Source: an uncultured Gammaproteobacteria bacterium (GTDB taxonomy: Bacteria; Patescibacteriota; Patescibacteriia; UBA9934). Taken from it: a DNA stretch of 64,000 nucleotides. The DNA is taken from positions 18,365-82,364 of the forward strand of contig CAYNYL010000003.1 of the NCBI GenBank assembly GCA_964401485.1, in the 5' to 3' direction. The notes under the pieces were generated by a model, which saw only the letters and a list, made by a program, of their open reading frames with translations, was not told the DNA's origin and ran no database searches. Position 1 is the stretch's first letter; every line of letters starts with the position of its first letter. Shown here in pieces: positions 36,541 to 47,051 of this stretch. A program made the position numbers and the translations under genes.

Positions 36541-37992
36541 TTGGAGGTTGTCATGCATAGAGGCTTGTCCCTGGCCGGTTCGACCGGTCGAAGTGGGATC
36601 TCGCGTCCACGAGTGTCGAGATACTCGCTCGCGTCGAACCCGCCCCCATCGCTCGAAGCGGTTCTTCGAGCGATCCTGGAGAAGGATTGCTTCCGCGACA
36701 GTGGGGCGATTCGCTCCTTCGTGCGGAAAATCGAGCGCACGTACGATGAGAAGGGGCCTGCCGACGACCTCGTGCGGTTTCTCTCGAACGAGGGGTTCAC
36801 TTCGAATGTTGCCGAAGGCATTCGTGTACAGCGTGAGAAGATTCGCGCGCATCTCGGGATGCCTGAGCCGAGCTCGGCGTCGCGATCCTCGCGAGCGATT
36901 CCGATCATCCCGTCGGTTCTCGCCAAGGCGGCAGCCGAAGGGGTGCAGAAGCCGAAGGTCGAGCCCGTCGAGAGTCCCGATAGTCAGTCGGGCGGTAGTG
37001 CCGATGGCGCTACCGTTACAACCCCCACTCACCTGTTCTTCTTCACGCCCGGTGAGTATACAGATTTCGAGTTCGTGCGTGACGCGTTCTTCGACGAGAA
37101 GACGCGTCTCGTAACCGTGCCACTTCGCGACGATACGAAGCCCATTCGGTTGTTCGCCGATCGGCTCGTTGACGCCGGCGTGTGCGCTCCCCTTGATCGT
37201 GGGGAGGGCTCCGCGCAGGGTGAGGTCGCGTACGAGGTGCTCGTATCGTTCAAGGCGTGGCACATCGAGCGGATCTCGGAACGTGCGGATCGTGCCGTGG
37301 CGCCGGAGATCCTCAAGGTCTTCAACGCGCTCCACGAGTACGCCTCGCAGGGCCCGTTTCGCTACGCGGATACGCTCGTCAAGCAGATCGCGGAGCGTTT
37401 CGAGATGAAGGAGGGGACCGTTCGAAGTGTCTTCTTCGGCTTCCGGGAACAGCCACTCGTCAGCGAGCCGCACAAGCGACTAGGGGCATTCCTGATCCTC
37501 GACCGTTCGGCACGTGAACAGACGGTCGTCGTGTGCGTCAAGGGTTTCGAGGGCCATCGGTTGGTTCCCGGAACGCAACGGTTTGTGACGAGGAGTCACA
37601 CGGTGCGGTCCACTCCGGCCATTCCCCGATCGGCAAATCCGGTAGTGTCACCTGCGCCGGTCGTCGAATCGGACGACACTGTGGAAGACGAGGGGACGTC
37701 GACGCCGGAACTCGGGCGCCTTCTCGAGGCGCGCCCCGACGTGCGTGAGGCCATCACCGAAGAGGCACTCGCGATTGCGGATCGGATCCGGTCCGGTGGG
37801 GAGCGTACCTATACTCTCGCCGAACTCGTCGAGCGTCGTCGAGTTCTCCTTGGAGGGATCGCCACCCTCAACGAGTTGATCGCTGAGAAGGAGCGCGAGA
37901 TCCGCGAGGAGGAGGCCCGTCTCGAGCGCGAGGAAGCCGAGCTTCTCGCGAGACTCGAGGCCGTTCGTGCGAGGAAGGCGAAGCTCGAGTAG
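36541..37992 (+). CDS. Hypothetical GC-rich protein with C-terminal coiled coil (483 aa)
   Basis: Strong promoter and RBS. GC3-biased. C-terminal EKEREIREEEARLEREEAELLARLEAVRARKAKLE. Several overlapping antisense ORFs were judged spurious. Confidence 0.55.
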   Translation: MEVVMHRGLSLAGSTGRSGISRPRVSRYSLASNPPPSLEAVLRAILEKDCFRDSGAIRSFVRKIERTYDEKGPADDLVRFLSNEGFTSNVAEGIRVQREKIRAHLGMPEPSSASRSSRAIPIIPSVLAKAAAEGVQKPKVEPVESPDSQSGGSADGATVTTPTHLFFFTPGEYTDFEFVRDAFFDEKTRLVTVPLRDDTKPIRLFADRLVDAGVCAPLDRGEGSAQGEVAYEVLVSFKAWHIERISERADRAVAPEILKVFNALHEYASQGPFRYADTLVKQIAERFEMKEGTVRSVFFGFREQPLVSEPHKRLGAFLILDRSAREQTVVVCVKGFEGHRLVPGTQRFVTRSHTVRSTPAIPRSANPVVSPAPVVESDDTVEDEGTSTPELGRLLEARPDVREAITEEALAIADRIRSGGERTYTLAELVERRRVLLGGIATLNELIAEKEREIREEEARLEREEAELLARLEAVRARKAKLE

Positions 37993-38135
37993 TTCGCCAC
38001 TCGTTCGTTAAGCCCGCCGTGGACCAATTGGTTCCGGCGGGCTTTCTGCATCTCAAAAAATTTTGTCAAGGGTCAGGGACTTGAACGGCTCGCCGAAATT
38101 TGTACGAAAAATAAGGCGAAGTTGTGCGAAAAGCA

Positions 38136-38164
38136 TTGACAGGAAAAGGAATAAACCGCATAAT
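38136..38164 (+). promoter_or_regulatory. atp operon promoter TTGACA-17-CATAAT
   Basis: caTTGACAggaaaaggaataaaccgCATAATcac. The -10 lies about 10 nt before the atpZ-like ATG. Confidence 0.55.
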
Positions 38165-38174
38165 CACCCCGTTT

Positions 38175-38396
38175 ATGAGAATCTTTACATGGCAACAAAG
38201 GGTTATCGTCTTCGGGTCAACGCTTTTGACTGTCGGTCTCTTTGTGCTTGCTGGGTACCTTATTGGACGCCTTGTAAATGACGTCCCGCTTCTCATCGCT
38301 CTCTCGGTTCTTGTTTCGTACCCTTTTTCGCAATTTGCGATTATCAAGACCCTAAAAAAGACGAATTACGGCGGCGCGCTTGATAAAACGAAGTAA
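38175..38396 (+). CDS. Small 2-TM protein preceding atpB (AtpZ/AtpI-like)
   Basis: 73 aa with two hydrophobic helices, in the position of atpI/atpZ. The track start (GTG at 38124) would overlap the promoter. Confidence 0.5.
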   Translation: MRIFTWQQRVIVFGSTLLTVGLFVLAGYLIGRLVNDVPLLIALSVLVSYPFSQFAIIKTLKKTNYGGALDKTK

Positions 38397-38397
38397 T

Positions 38398-39189
38398 ATG
38401 GAATTTGCCCTCCCTTCCACGATCTACACAACTATCCTCGGATTTCCAATCACGGATTCGTTTATCGGCGCGTTGATCGTTTCGTTTGTAATGGTTGCCT
38501 CGCTTACTTTTGTTGGATCCAGGGCGAGACTCATTCCATCCCGACTCCAAAGTTTATTTGAGATGGTCACGGAATTTTTGCTCGGACTACTCGAGAATGC
38601 ATTCCGAGACAAGGAAAGGGCACGAGCATTCTTCCCGTTTTTCATGACATTGATGCTATTTATCGCCTTCGCAAACCAAATCGGAGTTGCTCCACTCATT
38701 TTCGAAATTACCTACCGAGGTGCGGATGCGATTCGCCAACCGACATCGGATTTGTCGCAGACTGTCGCTCTTGCGCTCCTTATATTTGTTTTATCAAATG
38801 TCCTCGCGCTTCGTGTTTCTCCTATTAAACACTTGTCCAACTTTATCTCCATCGGTCCGTTGATGCGGGCACGTTCTTTTAAGGCTTTATTCCAAGCCGG
38901 TATCGATATTTTTATCGGAGTCCTAAACATTGTCGGGGAAATCGCAAAGGTGATTTCGCTCTCTTGCCGACTTTTTGGAAATATTTTCGCAGGAAACGTG
39001 ATGATCGCTGTTATTGGAGGGCTTGCCGTTTTTACCTCGGTCATTGTCCCGATCCCATTCATTTTTCTCAGTATTTTCTCGGGATTTGTTCAGGCGTTCG
39101 TTTTTACGCTTCTTGGAATCCAATTCGTTGCCGGAGCGATCGATGGGGCGACTCCTGCGCCGACGGCGGAAGAGCCGGCGCGAGCGTAG
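38398..39189 (+). CDS. atpB: F0F1 ATP synthase subunit a
   Basis: LSCRLFGNIFAGNVMIAVIGG matches the conserved R-containing helix of subunit a. TAATATG junction. Confidence 0.85.
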   Translation: MEFALPSTIYTTILGFPITDSFIGALIVSFVMVASLTFVGSRARLIPSRLQSLFEMVTEFLLGLLENAFRDKERARAFFPFFMTLMLFIAFANQIGVAPLIFEITYRGADAIRQPTSDLSQTVALALLIFVLSNVLALRVSPIKHLSNFISIGPLMRARSFKALFQAGIDIFIGVLNIVGEIAKVISLSCRLFGNIFAGNVMIAVIGGLAVFTSVIVPIPFIFLSIFSGFVQAFVFTLLGIQFVAGAIDGATPAPTAEEPARA

Positions 39190-39267
39190 TGAACCCTGCG
39201 CCCTTTGTCTTTTTGGACGAAGAGCGGAGTGTTTACTCACATAATTCATTATTCATTAATTCATAGT

Positions 39268-39498
39268 ATGGAATTAGAAGCAGCAAAAGTGATCGCGGCG
39301 GGAATCGTTATGGGGCTTGGAGCTATTGGTCCAGCCGTTGGTGAAGGGTACGTTGGAGGAAAGACCATGGAGGCGATCGGCCGAAACCCATCGGTAGCGG
39401 ATAAGCTCGTACCAAACATGGTTGTCGCTATGGCGATTACCGAGTCTACGGGTATTTATTCGCTTGTTATCGCGCTTATCATCTTGTTCGTTGCTTAA
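39268..39498 (+). CDS. atpE: F0F1 ATP synthase subunit c
   Basis: MELEAAKVIAAGIVMGLGAIGPAVGEG...ITESTGIYSLVIALIILF is a two-helix hairpin with the conserved carboxylate (E). Confidence 0.85.
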   Translation: MELEAAKVIAAGIVMGLGAIGPAVGEGYVGGKTMEAIGRNPSVADKLVPNMVVAMAITESTGIYSLVIALIILFVA

Positions 39499-39506
39499 CT
39501 TGAGCT

Positions 39507-40007
39507 ATGGAAGCACTCGCGAATTTAGGAATCGATCTTAAGGGTGTCGTCTTGTATATCGTAAACTTCGGTATCTTGATGGCGCTTCTCTATCGATTTG
39601 CGTACAAGCCTTTGCTCGCGATGCTTGATAAGCGACGCGACATTATTCGCGACAATATCGAAGAGGCCGAGCGACTTCGGAAGGAGTTTGAGACGAAGGC
39701 GGTCGAGGAGGCGAGTCTTCGAGGAACGCGCGAAGCGGAGCTTGATGCGCGAATCGCGAAAGCAAAGAAAGTCGCGAAAGATGACGCCAAGAAATTGATC
39801 TCGGACGCGCAAGCACAGCGAGATGCAATGCTTGCGGCTGCAAATAAAGCCGTCGAAGAAGCAATGAAAAACACGATCAAAGGTTCCGAAGAGGAGATTT
39901 TGAAGCGTGTGCGTGCAGTTGTTTCTTCGGTACTTCAGGGTGGAGTTTCGGAGGCGGAAATTAAGAAGAGTGTAGACGAAAGCTGGAAGAAGCTTGCGAA
40001 GGTTTAA
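39507..40007 (+). CDS. atpF: F0F1 ATP synthase subunit b
   Basis: N-terminal TM then a long charged helix, in operon position. Confidence 0.75.
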   Translation: MEALANLGIDLKGVVLYIVNFGILMALLYRFAYKPLLAMLDKRRDIIRDNIEEAERLRKEFETKAVEEASLRGTREAELDARIAKAKKVAKDDAKKLISDAQAQRDAMLAAANKAVEEAMKNTIKGSEEEILKRVRAVVSSVLQGGVSEAEIKKSVDESWKKLAKV

Positions 40008-40008
40008 T

Positions 40009-40617
40009 ATGATTACGGATCTCTTTCGAGCATCGCTAATCGACCTGGGTAACGCGGTTAAAGACGCGGAGTACTTCTCGCTATCGCAATCCGCTCGCGA
40101 AAAGCGTGTGGGCGAAGTGATGTCAAAAGACTACCCGGCTAACTTGCGAAAAGTTGCATTTTCGATCGATGAATCGGAATTTGTGCGAGAGATGCGCCTT
40201 CTTGGTGGAATCCTCGCTGAATCAAATTCGGTTATTGAGCGTGCGACACTTCTTTCGGGATCCTCCTCAAAGATCTTCGACGCCTTCCTTAAAGACCTGT
40301 CTGCAATTCGTGCGTTCCGGTCGAGAGATTCTGCTCTCGGACGCGCGGTTGGACGGTTCGAAGACGCGGGGCCGCAATACAAAAAGGCTCTTGATCGAGA
40401 ACTTCAACAACTGCTCTTGTTTGCAAAAAATCAAGATTCCCCAATCTATCAAACAGCGTTGCCGATTGAGGCATCGACGGCGGTGAAAGGAGTCGGGGTG
40501 CCGTCGATCGATGTGTCTCGGGCGCTCCTTGGAGGGGCGAGACGGTTCTACGACGGAGAGTTGGTCGACGATAGTTGGCGTGCGAGGTTAACAAGTATTC
40601 TCAAGGTTATTTCATAG
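40009..40617 (+). CDS. atpH: Putative ATP synthase delta subunit (highly divergent)
   Basis: Assigned by position between atpF and atpA. The sequence is not recognisably OSCP-like. TAATATG junction. Confidence 0.45.
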   Translation: MITDLFRASLIDLGNAVKDAEYFSLSQSAREKRVGEVMSKDYPANLRKVAFSIDESEFVREMRLLGGILAESNSVIERATLLSGSSSKIFDAFLKDLSAIRAFRSRDSALGRAVGRFEDAGPQYKKALDRELQQLLLFAKNQDSPIYQTALPIEASTAVKGVGVPSIDVSRALLGGARRFYDGELVDDSWRARLTSILKVIS

Positions 40618-40618
40618 T

Positions 40619-42124
40619 ATGAGTGAACAATCATTAAAACAATTTTTTGCCTCGTTTGATTCGGCGCTTCAGTCTGCAGACTTGCGTGAAACAAAGAAGA
40701 AGGCGGGTATCGTTCGATCGGTTAAAGACGGCGTTATCCATATTTACGGACTCCTTGGTCTTCGGATGGGAGAAGTTGTTCACGTTGAAGAGGCGGGAAT
40801 CGACGCGCTCGTCATGCAACTTGACGGACGCAACACTTACGCCGTTCAACTTCAAACCAGCCTTGAGGTAACGGAAGGCCAGGCGGTTGTTACGACGGGA
40901 AACTTCCTTGGAATCAACGTTTCTAAGGCGATTCTTGGACGTGTTGTAAACCCAATTGGAGCTCCGGAAGACGGTCATGGCGAGATTAAGGGAGACGAAT
41001 TCATGCCTCTTGAGCGCATTGCTCCGGGCGTAATGACCCGAGAACCAGTTTCGCAACCGGTGCAAACGGGAATTTTGGCGATTGACGCGATGATTCCGGT
41101 TGGACGAGGACAACGCGAGCTTATTATCGGAGACCGACAAACGGGAAAGACCGCTGTTGCGCTCGACACGATTATCAACCAAAAGGGACAGGACATGATT
41201 TGTGTCTACGTTGCGATCGGTCAACGCGAGTCAAACACGGCGACCGTTGTACGAAAACTTGAGGCGCACGGGGCGATGGACTACACGGTTGTTGTTTCGG
41301 CCGGGGCCTCGTCGTCCGCGGTTATGCAGTTCCTTGCGCCATACGCGGGAGCGGCGATTGGAGAATATTTCATGGGGAAGGGAAAGGATGTGCTCGTTGT
41401 GTACGACGATCTTTCAAAGCACGCGGTTGCCTACCGAGAGCTTTCGCTTCTTCTACGACGTCCACCAGGTCGAGAAGCGTATCCAGGAGACGTATTTTAT
41501 CTCCACTCACGACTTCTCGAGCGTTCCGCGCGACTTAATAAGGAAAACGGCGGAGGATCAATTACCGCGCTTCCGATTGTCGAGACGCAAGCAAACGACG
41601 TTTCGGCCTACATTCCGACAAACGTTATTTCGATTACGGACGGACAGATTTTCCTTGAGTCCGACTTGTTCAATAGCGGAATTAAGCCGGCGATCAACAT
41701 TGGTATTTCTGTTTCTCGCGTTGGAGGTTCGGCGCAAACCCATATCATGAAAAAAGTTTCGGGTTCAGCAAAACTCGATCTTGCGCAGTACTACGAACTT
41801 TCGGCGTTTACGCAGTTCGCGAGCGAGCTCGACGAGGCGACGAAGAAACAATTGACGCGTGGAGAGCGTGTTGTTGAGGCAATGAAGCAAAAAGAAAATA
41901 AGCCTTGGAAACTTTGGCAAGAGGTGGTCATTTTACGCTCGGCAACGGGAGGATTCCTCGATGCTGTTGCGGTTGCGGACGTAAAGAAGACGCTTGAGCA
42001 CGTTCTCTCTATGATCGAAACGGAAGAGAAGGAGCTCGTTGCGTCGATCGAGAAAGAAAAGAAATTGACGGATGAAATCGCGGAAGCGTTAACAAACGCA
42101 ATCAAGAAAGCACTAACCAAGTAA
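40619..42124 (+). CDS. atpA: F0F1 ATP synthase subunit alpha
   Basis: [21 protein letters not shown]-loop, 501 aa. Confidence 0.95.
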   Translation: MSEQSLKQFFASFDSALQSADLRETKKKAGIVRSVKDGVIHIYGLLGLRMGEVVHVEEAGIDALVMQLDGRNTYAVQLQTSLEVTEGQAVVTTGNFLGINVSKAILGRVVNPIGAPEDGHGEIKGDEFMPLERIAPGVMTREPVSQPVQTGILAIDAMIPVGRGQRELIIGDRQTGKTAVALDTIINQKGQDMICVYVAIGQRESNTATVVRKLEAHGAMDYTVVVSAGASSSAVMQFLAPYAGAAIGEYFMGKGKDVLVVYDDLSKHAVAYRELSLLLRRPPGREAYPGDVFYLHSRLLERSARLNKENGGGSITALPIVETQANDVSAYIPTNVISITDGQIFLESDLFNSGIKPAINIGISVSRVGGSAQTHIMKKVSGSAKLDLAQYYELSAFTQFASELDEATKKQLTRGERVVEAMKQKENKPWKLWQEVVILRSATGGFLDAVAVADVKKTLEHVLSMIETEEKELVASIEKEKKLTDEIAEALTNAIKKALTK

Positions 42125-42125
42125 T

Positions 42126-44391
<2,266 letters not shown>

Positions 44392-44392
44392 T

Positions 44393-44800
44393 ATGCAAAC
44401 ATTTCACGCAACTCTACGGACGCCAACGGCGATTCTCTTCGACGGAGAAGTAGAGTCGTTGAAATTGAAGACGGATTTGGGCCGAATGGAAATTCTCCCA
44501 AACCACGCAACACTTGTTGGAACAATTCTCTATTCGCGCGTGTTCGTTAAGAGCGCCGGAGATGAAAAAGAGTTCATTATCCGGCAAGGGTCGGTTTCGG
44601 TTGACGGTTCGGGAAGTGCCTCTGTTCTTTCCGCAGAAGGTCACGCGGAAGAAACGCTCTCTATCCACGATATCGACGATTACCTTCGTTATATCACCGG
44701 GGTCCTTCACGGCGACAAGCCTCTCAACGACTACCAAAAGAAATTCCTCGAAGAGCAACGGTACGCCTTCGAAGAAACGAAAAAAGAAAAGCAACAATAA
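44393..44800 (+). CDS. atpC: F0F1 ATP synthase subunit epsilon
   Basis: MQTFHATLRTPTAILFDGEVESL is an epsilon-like N-terminal beta sandwich. Start re-anchored at the TAATATG junction. Confidence 0.8.
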   Translation: MQTFHATLRTPTAILFDGEVESLKLKTDLGRMEILPNHATLVGTILYSRVFVKSAGDEKEFIIRQGSVSVDGSGSASVLSAEGHAEETLSIHDIDDYLRYITGVLHGDKPLNDYQKKFLEEQRYAFEETKKEKQQ

Positions 44801-44805
44801 CAAAA

Positions 44806-44826
44806 CCGCCCAATGGGCGGTTTTTG
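44806..44826. terminator. Bidirectional terminator (CCGCCC-aat-GGGCGG plus T-run)
   Basis: aaaaCCGCCCaatGGGCGGttttt between atpC and mscL. Confidence 0.65.
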
Positions 44827-45117
44827 CTAGTTCTTCTTTTTGTCGAGCATGTCGAGTCGAAGTCCTTTAAATCCGAAGTAGACCACTGCGGAGATAATGA
44901 GGAAGTTAATTACGATCGAAATAAACTGACCGTACATAATCGGACCGGCGTGAAGCGAGGCGAGTCCTTCCGCAGAGCCGAAGATGTACCCGATTGCTGG
45001 TTGAATAATATCTTTCACGAGCGAGGCAACGAGTTGTGAAACGGCACCGCCGAGGATAAACCCGATCGCGAGGCCAATTACTCCCTGTTCCCTAATAAAT
45101 TCAATGAATCCTTTCAT
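44827..45117 (-). CDS. mscL: Large-conductance mechanosensitive channel
   Basis: MKGFIEFIREQGVIGLAIGFILGGAVSQLVASLVKDIIQP is the canonical MscL N-terminus/TM1. Confidence 0.9.
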   Translation of the reverse strand: MKGFIEFIREQGVIGLAIGFILGGAVSQLVASLVKDIIQPAIGYIFGSAEGLASLHAGPIMYGQFISIVINFLIISAVVYFGFKGLRLDMLDKKKN

Positions 45118-45176
45118 AGTAACCCTAGGGTAGCATATCGTTCTCCACAGCGTAAGTTCGTGGCGTGGATTAGAAA

Positions 45177-45971
45177 TTGGTATACTTTAGACAAATTTAT
45201 ACTATGACAAAACAGGAGGTTCATTCTAAGATCTTTTGGACACTGCTTATCGCGAGTGTCTTCGCCGCGTTTGCGTCTATTCCGTATACGATGGCGCCGG
45301 GGGGTGGAAGTAGTCTCGCACTTGGCTTGCCGTTCATGATGGTTGCGCAACTACTCGTGTTTGCGGCAGTTTATGCAGTCCTTATCCAGGTCGGACTTCT
45401 TCTTTCTAAGCCGGCGGGACTCGGGACGCCTGCGCTCCAGAAATTGATCGAGGGCAAGCCGTTGAAAAATGTCTTTGCGCCGTTTTTTACGGAGTCGGTG
45501 CTTTACGGTTTTGTGACCGCGGTTTCGGTCTTGATTCTCGAGCTCGTCTTCTTCCTTGCCTTTGATATTCGAGTGATCCAAAGTGCAACGGATATAGGAA
45601 TGGCTGATCGATTTTTTGCCCTATTCACTGGCGCGATCAATGATGAGATCTTCTTCCGACTGTTCTTCATGTCGCTTGTTGCATGGGGACTCGTGAAAAT
45701 ACTTGGTGAAAAGGCATTGAGCCGAGCGCAAATGACGGGTGTCGTAGCGTTTGTAGCGATCGTTGACGCGGCAACCCACCTTCCTTCCGTATTCGCGGTT
45801 CTCGAGCCTTCCCCAATGCTTGTTGTGCGTATGCTCGTGGTCGGCGCTCTTTCCGCAACTGTGTTTGGTGTCATGTATGTACGGCACGGAATCCTCTCCG
45901 CCATGCTTACACACTTTGCCTTCGAATTCTCACTTTTCATTCTCCTTCCGGCGATTGTCGCAATTAGCTAG
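45177..45971 (+). CDS. CPBP-family (CAAX protease/Abi-like) intramembrane protease, putative
   Basis: Polytopic membrane protein with NDEIFFR (EExxxR-like), FxxxH and HFAFE motifs. Confidence 0.45.
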   Translation: MVYFRQIYTMTKQEVHSKIFWTLLIASVFAAFASIPYTMAPGGGSSLALGLPFMMVAQLLVFAAVYAVLIQVGLLLSKPAGLGTPALQKLIEGKPLKNVFAPFFTESVLYGFVTAVSVLILELVFFLAFDIRVIQSATDIGMADRFFALFTGAINDEIFFRLFFMSLVAWGLVKILGEKALSRAQMTGVVAFVAIVDAATHLPSVFAVLEPSPMLVVRMLVVGALSATVFGVMYVRHGILSAMLTHFAFEFSLFILLPAIVAIS

Positions 45972-45979
45972 AATAAAAA

Positions 45980-46010
45980 AACACTCCGCGAAAGCGGGGT
46001 GTTTTTTTGT
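45980..46010. terminator. Bidirectional terminator (CACTCCGC-gaaa-GCGGGGTG plus T7)
   Basis: Hairpin between the CPBP gene and nrdB. Confidence 0.65.
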
Positions 46011-46012
46011 TA

Positions 46013-47050
46013 CTACTCCCAGTTGAGATTTCCACCGGTTTGGTATTCAACGACGCGGGTCTCGAAGAAGTTCTTTTCTTTTCGTAGGTCGATCGCTTCC
46101 GACATCCATGGGAATGGATTTTGGACGTGGAAAATAGGGGCGAGTCCGACCGCTGAAAGGCGTTTGTCGGCGATGTACTGGATGTATTGGAGGAATCCAG
46201 CGGCGTTCATTCCGAAGATTCCGTCAGGGAACACGGTTGACGCGAAGGTGTATTCTAGCGTGACCGCTCGACGAACGAGGTCGGTTGCACGCGCTTGAAA
46301 CTCCGGCGTCCAAAGCTCCGGTTGCTCAGCCTTAATCGTGTTAATAAGGTTGATTCCGAATTGGAGGTGGGCGCTTTCGTCGCGCATGATGTACTGGATT
46401 TGCTCCGCGGATCCGACAAGCTTATTTTGTCGTTGGAATCCAAGCACGACCGCAAAGGACGAGTAGAAGAAGATCCCTTCCATGATGAGCGAGAAAACGA
46501 TCATGTTTTCGAGAAACTTTTGGTCATTCTCAAGCGTCCCCGTCTTAAAGTTCGGATCGAAAATCCCTTCATTGAACGAGAGGATGAACGAATCCTTATC
46601 GTAAATCGCTTTTACCTCGCGATACATGTTAAAGATTTCTCCGTCGTTAAATCCGAGACTTTCGACGATGTGCTGGTAGGCGTGCGTGTGGATTGCTTCC
46701 TCGTAGCCCTGACGAAGGAGGTACATTCGCACCTCCGGCGATGTAACGTGCTTGTAGGTCGCAAGAACAACGTTATTTGCGGCGATCGAGTCAGCGGTCG
46801 TAAAGAAGCCGAGAACGGTTTTAAACGCCTTCTTCTCGTCTTCCGTAAGGCAGTTCGGATCGCGCCACTGCTCAACATCTTTTTGCATGTTGATTTCCGT
46901 TGGAAGCCAGTGGTTCGCGTTTCCGACGTTGTACGCCTCCCATGCGAACAAGTGTCGCATAGGAGAGAGTTGTACAACGTCGCAGTCTGCACCGTTAATC
47001 ACGCGGCGCTCATTTACGTCTGGTCGGCGTGTTGTGAATTCGATAGGCAT
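46013..47050 (-). CDS. nrdB: Ribonucleotide reductase class Ia beta subunit
   Basis: Ferritin-like EEAIHTHAYQHIVESLG and a C-terminal acidic tail, 345 aa. Confidence 0.85.
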   Translation of the reverse strand: MPIEFTTRRPDVNERRVINGADCDVVQLSPMRHLFAWEAYNVGNANHWLPTEINMQKDVEQWRDPNCLTEDEKKAFKTVLGFFTTADSIAANNVVLATYKHVTSPEVRMYLLRQGYEEAIHTHAYQHIVESLGFNDGEIFNMYREVKAIYDKDSFILSFNEGIFDPNFKTGTLENDQKFLENMIVFSLIMEGIFFYSSFAVVLGFQRQNKLVGSAEQIQYIMRDESAHLQFGINLINTIKAEQPELWTPEFQARATDLVRRAVTLEYTFASTVFPDGIFGMNAAGFLQYIQYIADKRLSAVGLAPIFHVQNPFPWMSEAIDLRKEKNFFETRVVEYQTGGNLNWE

Positions 47051-47051
47051 A

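Noticed and set aside
36401-37473. Long ORFs overlapping or antisense to the GC-rich gene 36541..37992 (36401..37114 plus; 36514..37473 minus; 36468..36926 minus)
   Set aside because: High GC keeps frames open on both strands. Only the 36541 frame has a TTGACA-17-TATGAT promoter, a GGAGG RBS and a coherent coiled-coil C-terminus.
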